This document shows, one piece after another, positions 47,132-55,096 of a stretch of DNA of 55,096 nt (positions are counted from its first letter, which is position 1; the number at the start of each line of letters is the position of its first letter). The DNA is taken from positions 1 through 55,096 of the IMG/VR virus record IMGVR_UViG_3300029267_003206; one strand, 5' to 3'. The position numbers were made by a program, and so were the translations under genes. Under the pieces are notes generated by a model, which was given only the letters and a program-made list of their open reading frames with translations, was not told the origin of the DNA and did not search any database. The stretch comes from a virus. Its lineage: Duplodnaviria > Caudoviricetes.

Positions 47132-47654
47132 ACAGGAAGCAGATAAAACTATGGAGAAGACAAAACTTGAACTGGCTGAGGTCTTGAGTCAGTTTGGTGA
47201 TGTCGAAGATATACGTGCAATGATAATGACATACTTGCTTTCCAAGCAGACTCCAATGGTAATCTTAGAAGACCATGTTATATTATACTTACGAACACTG
47301 ATGGAATTAACAGCAGATAATCCAGTTATCCTATATAATATGCTAAGTAGGATGGCTGGACTAACTGCTATTGGGATTTATTCCATCCGGTATAATACTA
47401 AATATGGAGAGCATCCATCCAATGCACTCATCTGTGAACTTGCAGAGATGGGGGCTGAAAAGGTTTATATGAAGTTCAAAGAAGAATTTCAACGAGACTT
47501 ATATGACATAACAGACCTCATAAAAGAGAATGAAAAGAAGGCGACTGCGATGTATACAATCGCAACAGAGGAAGAGCTAGAAAAAGGGTTTAGAGATGCT
47601 CTTAAATACAAAGCAGACAAAGAACGTAAAGATGAAAATCCTTATATAAGATAA
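47124..47654 (+). CDS. Helical hypothetical protein
   Basis: GGGGTGA RBS; 176 aa. Confidence 0.7.
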   Translation: MDEQEADKTMEKTKLELAEVLSQFGDVEDIRAMIMTYLLSKQTPMVILEDHVILYLRTLMELTADNPVILYNMLSRMAGLTAIGIYSIRYNTKYGEHPSNALICELAEMGAEKVYMKFKEEFQRDLYDITDLIKENEKKATAMYTIATEEELEKGFRDALKYKADKERKDENPYIR

Positions 47655-47689
47655 GTGTCTATATGATCCTAACATTAAACCAACCTAAC

Positions 47690-47771
47690 GAGAGCCATCC
47701 AGGTATTCTTAATGTGAGTACATCCCATCCCACCACATTCTCAAAATTCCAGATGGCTCTCACCCTTTTTT
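47690..47771 (+). terminator. Long hairpin followed by U-tract
   Basis: gagagccatc/gatggctctc 10-bp stem with inner aatgtg/cacatt, then cccttttttt. Confidence 0.5.
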
Positions 47772-47779
47772 AGAGAGAG

Positions 47780-48211
47780 ATGATATGTATGGATAAGTAT
47801 GTTGTATGCCCTAAGTGCAATCTGAATGGAGACAAGTTAAAGACAGAAGATAATCATTGGAAATGTATTAGATGTAATTATCTTTTTCATATTACAATTC
47901 AGATGTATAGGGAGGCATTGGTTATTTATCTGAAACATGCTTACCCAAATACGATGGACAATTTTCAATCTATCAGAGATACTAAATATGCTTGGCTGGA
48001 TCATCCTGAATACTGGGAAGATGGTATTCCTGCAGATGCTCGATTTGGATGTTATGTTAATCCACATATGAAGTTGAGGATTCGTAAGGATTGTTTCATT
48101 GTAGATAAGAATAACATAGGAGATTCATTTGAACGCAGAGATTTATGTCAGCAGATTAAAGCACGTATCGAAGCAGAGTGGGAAAGATATCATCTACCTA
48201 TATTAAAGTAG
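47780..48211 (+). CDS. Zn-ribbon protein
   Basis: CPKC...WKCIRC. Confidence 0.7.
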   Translation: MICMDKYVVCPKCNLNGDKLKTEDNHWKCIRCNYLFHITIQMYREALVIYLKHAYPNTMDNFQSIRDTKYAWLDHPEYWEDGIPADARFGCYVNPHMKLRIRKDCFIVDKNNIGDSFERRDLCQQIKARIEAEWERYHLPILK

Positions 48212-48234
48212 ATAGCATACAAATGAAGGTTATA

Positions 48235-48251
48235 CCATAACCCTTATATAC
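48235..48251 (+). promoter_or_regulatory. Archaeal TATA promoter P3
   Basis: ataacccTTATATAc, same pattern as P2. Confidence 0.6.
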
Positions 48252-48323
48252 CCCTATATCGTTTATAGATTAACTATAACTCAATATATCAAAGCAGAGT
48301 AAAATCAGATGGAAGGTAATAAT

Positions 48324-48623
48324 ATGCCAGGATTGATGGAACAGATAAAAAATATCAAAAAAGAACGAGCTGAGCAGGGCGAACCCGCCTCTGCCAAAGA
48401 TCAGAAGAAATTCGGAGAGGTTAGAGTAACCTTCTACCGAGAAGGGGCATATAGAACAGATGCCGATGGAAACAAGGTTCCGATGGGTGGAGATTCCAAT
48501 GGGAACTATGACAGGATTTGTAGAGGTCTGGGTATTGATGGAGAAGACTCCGGGATGCTTGCAGATATTCTCGACACCCTGGTTGAAGACTTAGTATCAG
48601 GAAAGTTGAAGTATACTTCCTAA
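48324..48623 (+). CDS. Early protein B (N-terminus similar to protein A)
   Basis: First gene after P3; MPGLMEQIKNIKKERAE. Confidence 0.75.
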   Translation: MPGLMEQIKNIKKERAEQGEPASAKDQKKFGEVRVTFYREGAYRTDADGNKVPMGGDSNGNYDRICRGLGIDGEDSGMLADILDTLVEDLVSGKLKYTS

Positions 48624-48636
48624 GAAGTATGCTGAT

Positions 48637-48843
48637 GGGGTTGGTAATCCACCGACCCCTATTTCATTTTGGGCCTTCCCGATGTGATAAACGATAAGAT
48701 GATTCATTTTACCACCCACATTGGGATGATGACTGAGTATGATTTTCATACACAACATCCCTGGTGTCAAAACCAGATGGCCCACATCCCCCTTATACAT
48801 TCTCTCCCCTAATAGCAACGGGCAGGTGTGATTGCACCTGCCC
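48637..48843 (+). ncRNA. Structured intergenic element (hairpin, four-way junction, hairpin)
   Basis: ggggttggt/accgacccc; tgggcc/ggccca enclosing tcccgatgtg/cacattggga, gtatga/tcatac and ctggt/accag; gggcaggtg/cacctgccc. Confidence 0.5.
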
Positions 48844-48884
48844 ACACTTCACTCAGAACCTTCTTATAAAATGGAGGCATATAT

Positions 48885-49631
48885 ATGGAAACCCTGACGG
48901 TAACTGGCGAAGCCTATCACGCTAAGAAGCGTGAATTTAAAAAACTTCTATCAGAGTTGGGTATCTCATGGTGTGGGACAATAGATGCTGTAGAGTGGAG
49001 ATCATCTGGGGTTAGGGTTAAAGGAGAATTTTTCAGAGATAAAGTTAATAATTTGACCATCAAGGCTACTTTGCATATTGAAGGCGATGATATGCAAAGT
49101 ATCCAGCGACTTGTTAAATGGATACGTTCTAATATGAACGCAGTTGGAGACATACAGAAAGAAATTAAGAACCGTCTGTATGACTTCCAGATGTTTGAGA
49201 ATTTTTACAAACCATCTATAGAGAAGATGAAAAAAGAAAATGCACCAGGTTATATCATAGCAAGAAAAGAAAAAGATTGGGTGTGGCAGAGGAAAAAAAA
49301 GATGCTTGAATTGGGTATAACAGAAGGTATGTTGAAGGGCATCGTTCCTGATAAACTTCCACACCCAATAGATGTTTCTGACATAGAAGAAGAAAAAGAA
49401 ACAGGATTCACATGGACAAAAGAAGATCAGGATTGGTATGATAAATGTGAAGCAAGGAAAGCAGAGCGTAAACAGAAGAAGAGAAAATTAAAATATAATA
49501 CATTGAACGCCGATGCCATAACTGATGACATCCTTAGGAAGACAGGTCATCAAAGTAAGAAAGCTAAAAGAGCAGATGCAAAGCAGAATCTTTTAGCAAA
49601 ATTAAAGAAAATAAAGAAAGGGGTGGAATAG
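48885..49631 (+). CDS. Hypothetical protein with basic C-terminal tail
   Basis: GGAGG RBS; 248 aa. Confidence 0.75.
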   Translation: METLTVTGEAYHAKKREFKKLLSELGISWCGTIDAVEWRSSGVRVKGEFFRDKVNNLTIKATLHIEGDDMQSIQRLVKWIRSNMNAVGDIQKEIKNRLYDFQMFENFYKPSIEKMKKENAPGYIIARKEKDWVWQRKKKMLELGITEGMLKGIVPDKLPHPIDVSDIEEEKETGFTWTKEDQDWYDKCEARKAERKQKKRKLKYNTLNADAITDDILRKTGHQSKKAKRADAKQNLLAKLKKIKKGVE

Positions 49632-49632
49632 T

Positions 49633-49995
49633 ATGGCAGATGATACAGCTTATCATTATAATTACATATGTTCAAAAGAAGATTTCATAAGCTACACTAA
49701 AAAGCTTTTACATATGGCAGATAGTTTCTTTAACCAAACGGATGATGCAAAAAAGAATTGGGAACAGATGTTGAAAGATGTAGAAGATAATGGAATTAAT
49801 CCAATGGAGATTATTATTAATATAGATGGTAAAGAATACGAACTTGGTATTTTGGTTTTAGATGCCATCGAAAATGCTGGAGGGTCTTCTTTTGAGTATA
49901 GGGAATACTGGGAGTGGGATGTTTGGAGAAAAGAAAACCAAGATGAAGAGTTACTTAATCTTATACGGGGGATGGTAGATGCCAAAGAGAGATGA
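49633..49995 (+). CDS. Acidic hypothetical protein
   Basis: GGGGTGG RBS; operon packing. Confidence 0.7.
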   Translation: MADDTAYHYNYICSKEDFISYTKKLLHMADSFFNQTDDAKKNWEQMLKDVEDNGINPMEIIINIDGKEYELGILVLDAIENAGGSSFEYREYWEWDVWRKENQDEELLNLIRGMVDAKER

Positions 49996-50141
49996 CAGTC
50001 AATGTGAAAAATGCGGGAAGATTTTCCCTTATAATGATATATCTTCTTATTGTTCTTCGGTAGAGTATGAACCAAAGAATGGTTGTTTCTATCATATTGG
50101 GTGTGGAGGATGTGTAAGGAAACGAAGAGAGGTGAATTGAA

Positions 50142-50375
50142 ATGACGAAATCTGAATTAGTTGGATATGTGCGTAAATCAAAAGCGGGAAATGCCTTGAA
50201 AGTGAACATTCTTAAGTCGGCTGTTATAGATGCGCCAACAGTTAAAGGTAAGGATGGCACAGAGTATGTCACCTTGATTATGAACCTTACCAAGATACGG
50301 CTGATAATTGGAGATGAACATGAAGTAACATCTGTCTGCCAGTTGGTGGAAGATGCGGAAGAGGATCAGGGATAA
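50142..50375 (+). CDS. Small beta-rich protein resembling a conserved Thermoplasmata hypothetical protein (from memory, unverified)
   Basis: ELVGYVRKSKAGNALK...GKDGTEYVTL...EVTSVCQ; GAGGTGA RBS. Confidence 0.6.
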   Translation: MTKSELVGYVRKSKAGNALKVNILKSAVIDAPTVKGKDGTEYVTLIMNLTKIRLIIGDEHEVTSVCQLVEDAEEDQG

Positions 50376-50376
50376 A

Positions 50377-50847
50377 ATGATATGCGAAGATCTGATAGAT
50401 GGTCGCTACTGTGGCCATCCGGGGATAGGTAAAGAGTCTGGTGGGAAGAGACATCTCTGTAGCTATGTCAGATTACAAAGTGATTCTGGATGTCCAAGAG
50501 GGCATACAAAATCTAACTCTACATCCAGTGGGCAATCCAAATCCAAATGGAAGCAAAGAGAAAGTAAGATTGCAGGACATGTAGCATATAAAAATAAGAA
50601 AAATAAATTGAAGGTTATGGGGCATCAGCAAAAATCAATTGCCAGAGTTCAAAGAAGAGCAAAGCGGGAAGCATTAGAAAAAGCGAATGCAACATCCAAA
50701 GGGTCACTTTCTCCTGGTTCTGATTCCCAAGATTCCACAAGAAGTAAGGCCATAATTAAAACAGATACCGATGGGTATAATGCTAACTCTAAGCAGAAGA
50801 CAAAGAAATTCAAGGAAGAGCATAAAGGGAAGCAGGGTTTTAGATGA
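50377..50847 (+). CDS. Cys/His-containing basic protein
   Basis: C...CGH...C...CP followed by a Lys/Ser-rich tail. Confidence 0.6.
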   Translation: MICEDLIDGRYCGHPGIGKESGGKRHLCSYVRLQSDSGCPRGHTKSNSTSSGQSKSKWKQRESKIAGHVAYKNKKNKLKVMGHQQKSIARVQRRAKREALEKANATSKGSLSPGSDSQDSTRSKAIIKTDTDGYNANSKQKTKKFKEEHKGKQGFR

Positions 50848-51125
50848 ATGACTTTACTCAGCTTGCACTCTTCGAGAAACTGGGATGCACTCTTGAAGTT
50901 AAGATGGACAATCGAGGCAGAGGATATGTTGTCACCAAAGTTTATTTTTTGGAAGACGACAAAGAATCTGCTTTACAGGTTACTAACACTCTTATAGAAG
51001 CTGCCTTAAGGCGTATGGGTGGTAGTGAACACTATGAAGAAGATGGAGAAATACCATTAGGAGATGGTGAGGTGGAGGAAGATGATGTAGAGTTTGGCAT
51101 CAGAAGAGAAAGAAATAGAAGATGA
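50844..51125 (+). CDS. Hypothetical protein
   Basis: ATGA coupling; acidic C-terminal half. Confidence 0.65.
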   Translation: MNDFTQLALFEKLGCTLEVKMDNRGRGYVVTKVYFLEDDKESALQVTNTLIEAALRRMGGSEHYEEDGEIPLGDGEVEEDDVEFGIRRERNRR

Positions 51126-51151
51126 CGTGAACCACATGTGGAGGAAAAAAT

Positions 51152-51727
51152 ATGGCAAATTTGACAGAAGAAGAGAGAGCAGTCCGTGAGACTGCGAGAG
51201 AAGTAGAGAAGCTGGATTCTGATGAGATTCCAATGAGCATGGATGATCTAAAGGGGCAGACTTTTATAGGCCGGGTAGCAGATGTTAAAGTAACATCTGA
51301 ATATGTCCTTAACGAAAATGGTCAACCTCTAAAGGAACAAGGAAAACATCCCTTTGTGACTTGTCTGTTAGAGGTCGATTTCATGGAGGAAGGACATTAC
51401 ACATGGAAGTGGAGAGTTTCAAACAGCAAGAAGGGAACTCATGCCAAAATTCTGGCAGCCATAGGAAATGTGCAGATCTTCTCTGCTGATGGGGGGGATA
51501 CAGGCAAGAGGGGGATTCAGAATCTGACCTCCATCGATCAGCTTGTTGACCAAACCTTCCAGTTTGAGAAGCAGGATCTACAGTTTGGGACAGATCGAGA
51601 TGGTAACCAAATTGTCAAACCTAACTTCCCCATGCCTATAGAATACTTCCTTCCACCAGAGGAAGAGGCAGAAGAGTCAGATGGTGAAGAAGAGTCAGAT
51701 GATGAGACAAAAAAGGAGGAGTCCTAA
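51152..51727 (+). CDS. Putative ssDNA-binding protein (OB-fold-like, acidic tail)
   Basis: Beta-rich core with aromatics; EEEAEESDGEEESDDE tail; adjacent to the Sak4-like ATPase. Confidence 0.55.
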   Translation: MANLTEEERAVRETAREVEKLDSDEIPMSMDDLKGQTFIGRVADVKVTSEYVLNENGQPLKEQGKHPFVTCLLEVDFMEEGHYTWKWRVSNSKKGTHAKILAAIGNVQIFSADGGDTGKRGIQNLTSIDQLVDQTFQFEKQDLQFGTDRDGNQIVKPNFPMPIEYFLPPEEEAEESDGEEESDDETKKEES

Positions 51728-51737
51728 GCATACTCTT

Positions 51738-51765
51738 GGGGGGGAATCTTCCCCCCCTTTTATTT
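51738..51765 (+). terminator. Hairpin plus U-tract
   Basis: ggggggga-atct-tccccccc-tttt. Confidence 0.65.
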
Positions 51766-51796
51766 ATTTCATTTTACATTCTATGGAGGTTAAATT

Positions 51797-52780
51797 ATGT
51801 CCAAAGGGAAGGTTAAAAGTTTATTATCTCTTAATAACAATGATGTTCAATCTGCTCAAACATATATATTTGATGGACTTGAGCCTATGGAAGATGAAAA
51901 AGGAAAAGGTAAAGATGTCTGGACTTTTGCATCAGAAAAGGGAGCAGGAAAAACAACTGCCATCTTAGCATTTCAAGAGCTATATGGTGGAGAGATGTTA
52001 TGTTTCTCTTATGATGGGAAGACCCAGAAGATAAAACATAAGTATCATAAAGGTAATGAGAACATCCATGTTAAAGACATTCGCAAACATTTCGTTAGAA
52101 CCCCTGAGAAGCGGTTAGAATCTGGTAGCAGATGTATAGACATGATTATGTATGAATTGACCAGGATAGATGACAATAGTGTTGACTGGGTATTCCATGA
52201 CTATGTTGATTTACTACCAGTGTTGGTAGAAATGAAATGTAGGAAGATTCACAATAAAATGGCAAAACAGCCAGTCAGTGGTTATGACCAAATGTGGAAA
52301 GATAGAAAAGCTATCATACAAGATATACATTCAACCTCTTTGCGTAAGGCTAAGTATGGTGTATTCTATGCAGGTTATACTGTTAGGGAGAATATAATGA
52401 AAGATGGAGAGGTTCTTACAACTGGTCCCAGGAAACCACACTGGAATGACATCATAGAAGTAGAAACAGATGTGACTGTTATTGTAGAAATAGAAGAAGA
52501 AATCCTCAAAAATGGCAGGGTTCATAGAAGACTATTTTATATAGATAATTCGAAGGTTGATTATCCAGAAGATAGAACTTGGTATTCTGTAAACACCAAT
52601 GCGGAGTTGGATGCATTTGTCAAAGGGAATGGTATTGTGATTAACAGAGCACCACCAAAATCGTTCTCTCTTCCACCCATATCTAAATCTAAAGAAGATG
52701 ATACCATAACAGACCCAGTGAAAGTAAAGGAAAAACAGGCAGAATTGTTGGGGAGGAAAACCCCCAAACGATTAATTTAA
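51797..52780 (+). CDS. RecA-fold P-loop ATPase, Sak4/AAA_24-like (single-strand annealing candidate)
   Basis: Walker A EKGAGKTT; Walker B VFHD; GYDQMW and ETDVTV segments; adjacent SSB candidate. Confidence 0.65.
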   Translation: MSKGKVKSLLSLNNNDVQSAQTYIFDGLEPMEDEKGKGKDVWTFASEKGAGKTTAILAFQELYGGEMLCFSYDGKTQKIKHKYHKGNENIHVKDIRKHFVRTPEKRLESGSRCIDMIMYELTRIDDNSVDWVFHDYVDLLPVLVEMKCRKIHNKMAKQPVSGYDQMWKDRKAIIQDIHSTSLRKAKYGVFYAGYTVRENIMKDGEVLTTGPRKPHWNDIIEVETDVTVIVEIEEEILKNGRVHRRLFYIDNSKVDYPEDRTWYSVNTNAELDAFVKGNGIVINRAPPKSFSLPPISKSKEDDTITDPVKVKEKQAELLGRKTPKRLI

Positions 52781-52893
52781 ATGATACCTATACTGGATGA
52801 ATGGGGAAGCAAGCCTCCGATTTGCCGTCTGGGGCTTCTCTGTTCATCTGGGGGTTAAGTCATTTAAATATGGATGACAAGGAGGCAAATGAA

Positions 52894-53250
52894 ATGAAAT
52901 ATGTATCTATACTATCCAACAAATCTGGATGCCTACTTGAAAGGCATCTACCAATACCAGACGGCGAAGATATTAAATGTGAGCAGAGAGATGAAGGCAT
53001 TCCATTTTGTAGACCCACCCTGACTATAATTGGTCTAAAGAGACAGCCAGGATATATCTATGGCCATTGGGAATGTGTCCATTTCTGGGCAGTTTCATCT
53101 TCAGACCAAGAATTGACAGAGGTTATCAAACCCTTCTTTACCATCCTCAAATCCTGGTATACCCAACAGCTCATGATAGAAGAGATGCCTGATTGTGAAA
53201 ACTGTGATCTAAGGATGGGTGATCCTCCAGATTATAGCTGGCGTGATTGA
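52894..53250 (+). CDS. Cys-containing hypothetical protein
   Basis: GGAGG RBS before MKYVS; in frame with track ORF 52801..53250. Confidence 0.6.
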   Translation: MKYVSILSNKSGCLLERHLPIPDGEDIKCEQRDEGIPFCRPTLTIIGLKRQPGYIYGHWECVHFWAVSSSDQELTEVIKPFFTILKSWYTQQLMIEEMPDCENCDLRMGDPPDYSWRD

Positions 53251-53253
53251 GGG

Positions 53254-53493
53254 ATGGTAATGGGGACAGATATGGAGATAGCAAGACTAAGACAGTTGGT
53301 TAATATAAAATATAACAGATGCCTAATAATTTCACAAAGTTATATGCCGACAAGTGAGTGGGTAAATGGTTTCCAAGAGTGTCTTAAATGGATGCGTAAA
53401 GAACTCGATGAAACAGAGGAGAGAGAGAAACAGGATAAAATTGAAACAGACGATATAACCTATCAGAAATATAAAGAATCTACGGAGATGTGA
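53254..53493 (+). CDS. Hypothetical protein
   Basis: Operon packing. Confidence 0.6.
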   Translation: MVMGTDMEIARLRQLVNIKYNRCLIISQSYMPTSEWVNGFQECLKWMRKELDETEEREKQDKIETDDITYQKYKESTEM

Positions 53494-53711
53494 TGATGAT
53501 GGCAGATAAACATTATACATACATTGCCCTGGCTACTGATGTATTGTTAGTCAAGGCAGAAACAAAGGGAATTGACTGGGCTGCTTACATTGGGGCAGTC
53601 CCAGGGAAGTGCCACGAGGATGAATATATGCTCGTAATAGAACATGGAAATAAGGTAAGTGAGACACTTGCCAGATTATATTTCCACTCAGACCTACCTT
53701 GGAGGAATTGA
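53490..53711 (+). CDS. Small viral protein
   Basis: DWAAYIGAVPG...HGNKVSE..AR..F motif. Confidence 0.7.
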   Translation: MMMMADKHYTYIALATDVLLVKAETKGIDWAAYIGAVPGKCHEDEYMLVIEHGNKVSETLARLYFHSDLPWRN

Positions 53712-53712
53712 A

Positions 53713-53973
53713 ATGGATGATAATTTACCTCCAGGGTGTACTGTCTCTGACATACCGGGTAACAGACCAATTGATGAAGGATGGGATAAATGGTTTGCCA
53801 GTGAGATAGATGGTGTCTGGGAAGAATTTCTAGATGGTATGTCTCATAAATCAGCCTATTATGATTATAAGTATAGGTTTGGGATAGATGGTGAATCAGC
53901 CTATTATGAGTTAAGAGATTTTGAAGAATACGCAGACAAACGCTTTGAAGATGACTGTGAGGAAAGAGGATGA
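53713..53973 (+). CDS. Small acidic viral protein
   Basis: GGAGG RBS; NLPPGCTVSDIPGNRP. Confidence 0.7.
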   Translation: MDDNLPPGCTVSDIPGNRPIDEGWDKWFASEIDGVWEEFLDGMSHKSAYYDYKYRFGIDGESAYYELRDFEEYADKRFEDDCEERG

Positions 53974-54299
53974 AAATCTTTAACCACTTCCCCCAGGGAA
54001 CTGAGTATGTATGCCCAATTTGCAAAACATCAGAAGATAAACCAATTACACTGATTGGTGTTTATGGAACAAAGGATGATAATAAGCAGGAAGCTGTGCC
54101 TGTGCACATTGAATGCATACATCTTGAGTTACATGCGAATCCATCACCAGATAAAAAATGTATCTTTTTGACATTAACGCAAGTGATAGATGTAATGTCT
54201 TTAGAAAATAAGATGGTTACATCGAAGTCTGCAAAAGAAATAAAAGCAGAGAAAAAACAAAGAACCATATTGAAATTTATGAAAAAACATGGAGGCTAA
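53970..54299 (+). CDS. Zn-finger protein with C-terminal PIP box
   Basis: CPIC...HIEC; KQRTILKFM near the C-terminus. Confidence 0.7.
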   Translation: MKIFNHFPQGTEYVCPICKTSEDKPITLIGVYGTKDDNKQEAVPVHIECIHLELHANPSPDKKCIFLTLTQVIDVMSLENKMVTSKSAKEIKAEKKQRTILKFMKKHGG

Positions 54300-54303
54300 A
54301 TAA

Positions 54304-54903
54304 ATGAGCAAAGAAATCCGTAAATATATATCTGCCCAGCATGATCCAGAAAGTGCTCCTATGTATCTAATTAGTTATGCTGGTCTCCATAGTCCAAATG
54401 GAGATAATCAACATATAAATTTTAGCATAGGTAATAAGCATTGTTGTATGTCTTCAGCCCAGTTATTAGATATGATTTCCACCATTACTATGAGACTTAT
54501 GCGGAAAGATATAGAATCCAAGACCATAGACAGAGATGGATGGAGATGTGAAAAGTTTGTCACATTCGAGAAAATGAAATGTCCATATTGTGGCAAAGAG
54601 TCTACTTGTAGAGTTGCACAGCAGATTGGTGCAAAATGGGTCTGCCCAGGATGTTTACGTGTGATTGGTCTATTACAACATGATGAAGAATTTCGTATTG
54701 TAATAACAGACCTTTGTATGCGTTCACCTAAGCTTAACGAAACACTTCTATGTCCAGTGTGTGGATGCGAAGACTACAGAGCAGATAATAAATTTCTTGA
54801 TAAATTTCACAGTATGACATTGGCTCAGCAGATAGATATCTACGACCCAATGATGGATAAATATCTATCATACGATGGATGCGAAGAACACCAGGAGGTA
54901 TGA
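54304..54903 (+). CDS. Multi-Zn-ribbon protein
   Basis: CPYC, CPGC and CPVC; GGAGG RBS. Confidence 0.7.
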   Translation: MSKEIRKYISAQHDPESAPMYLISYAGLHSPNGDNQHINFSIGNKHCCMSSAQLLDMISTITMRLMRKDIESKTIDRDGWRCEKFVTFEKMKCPYCGKESTCRVAQQIGAKWVCPGCLRVIGLLQHDEEFRIVITDLCMRSPKLNETLLCPVCGCEDYRADNKFLDKFHSMTLAQQIDIYDPMMDKYLSYDGCEEHQEV

Positions 54904-55096
54904 AGATGGAAGTTGTTATGACATGTTCTGCTTGTGGGAAAGATGTATCTATCCAAGATGATGGGTGGTTATGTCCAGCCTGTTATGGTAGAGATTCGTC
55001 TGATGTCGAGAAATTAAGATTCCTAATGTCTCGAATGCAGAAAGAGAAGGATACAATGGAAGAGCAGATTAATAATCTTCTCACGGATGTTACATA
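54900..55096 (+). CDS. 5' part of the Zn-ribbon/coiled-coil protein that continues into 8..649
   Basis: GGAGGT RBS; CSAC...CPAC; open through the terminal overlap. Confidence 0.8.
   Translation, partial: MKMEVVMTCSACGKDVSIQDDGWLCPACYGRDSSDVEKLRFLMSRMQKEKDTMEEQINNLLTDVT
55049..55096 (+). repeat. 48-bp terminal overlap, right copy
   Basis: Identical to 1-48. Confidence 0.98.

Larger units (their letters stand above)
1..55096. mobile_element. Complete circular(ised) genome of a tailed archaeal virus (Caudoviricetes, siphovirus-like)
   Basis: Terminase-portal-protease-scaffold-MCP-neck-tail gene order; identical 48-bp ends; archaeal-type promoters, RBSs, MCM- and PCNA-like genes; no cellular housekeeping genes. 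Confidence 0.93.

Noticed and set aside
43819-48845. ORFs 43819..44079, 45327..45560, 45391..45585 and 48597..48845
   Set aside because: They coincide with stem-rich non-coding elements, lack RBSs and show no recognisable motifs
50856-50876. QLALF bacterial beta-clamp motif in ORF 50844
   Set aside because: A five-residue match is weak, and all other signals point to an archaeal host
1-55096. Integrase, DNA polymerase, primase or cognate restriction endonuclease next to the MTase
   Set aside because: No diagnostic motifs recognised by eye; a highly divergent version cannot be excluded without HMM searches

Overview
This window looks like a complete, circularly assembled genome (about 55.05 kb) of a tailed dsDNA virus (Caudoviricetes, siphovirus-like). 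Bases 1-48 repeat at 55049-55096 and one ORF reads through the junction. The host is almost certainly archaeal: TTTATATA promoters, GGTGA/GGAGG RBSs, an MCM-like helicase, a PCNA-like protein, a PIP box and a CCA-less tRNA-like gene. Thermoplasmatota is a tentative host guess. Two arms diverge from a repeat-rich control region at about 41.3-42.1 kb and converge at about 11.6 kb. The minus arm is the virion module: terS, terL, portal, a 1329-aa protease polyprotein, scaffold, MCP, a modular fibre/decoration cluster, neck, tail tube, a -1 frameshifted tail chaperone, a very short tape measure and the tail tip. The plus arm holds early and replication genes (SSB, Sak4-like ATPase, mini-PCNA, MCM-like helicase, RHH regulator, DHH, HNH, MazG, resolvase) and many small Zn-finger ORFs. 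I recognised no DNA polymerase, primase, integrase, reverse transcriptase or CRISPR array. The most notable items are: (1) a prohead protease fused to an N6-adenine methyltransferase and two degenerate LigD-phosphoesterase-like domains; (2) several unannotated, highly structured ncRNA islands in the early arm, including a ~380-nt RNA with its own promoter and a multibranch RNA next to a tRNA with an aberrant anticodon loop; (3) apparent over-representation of GCAGAT/ATCTGC; (4) a half-size PCNA; (5) fibre proteins built from shared modules. All family calls are from motif recognition by eye, not database searches.
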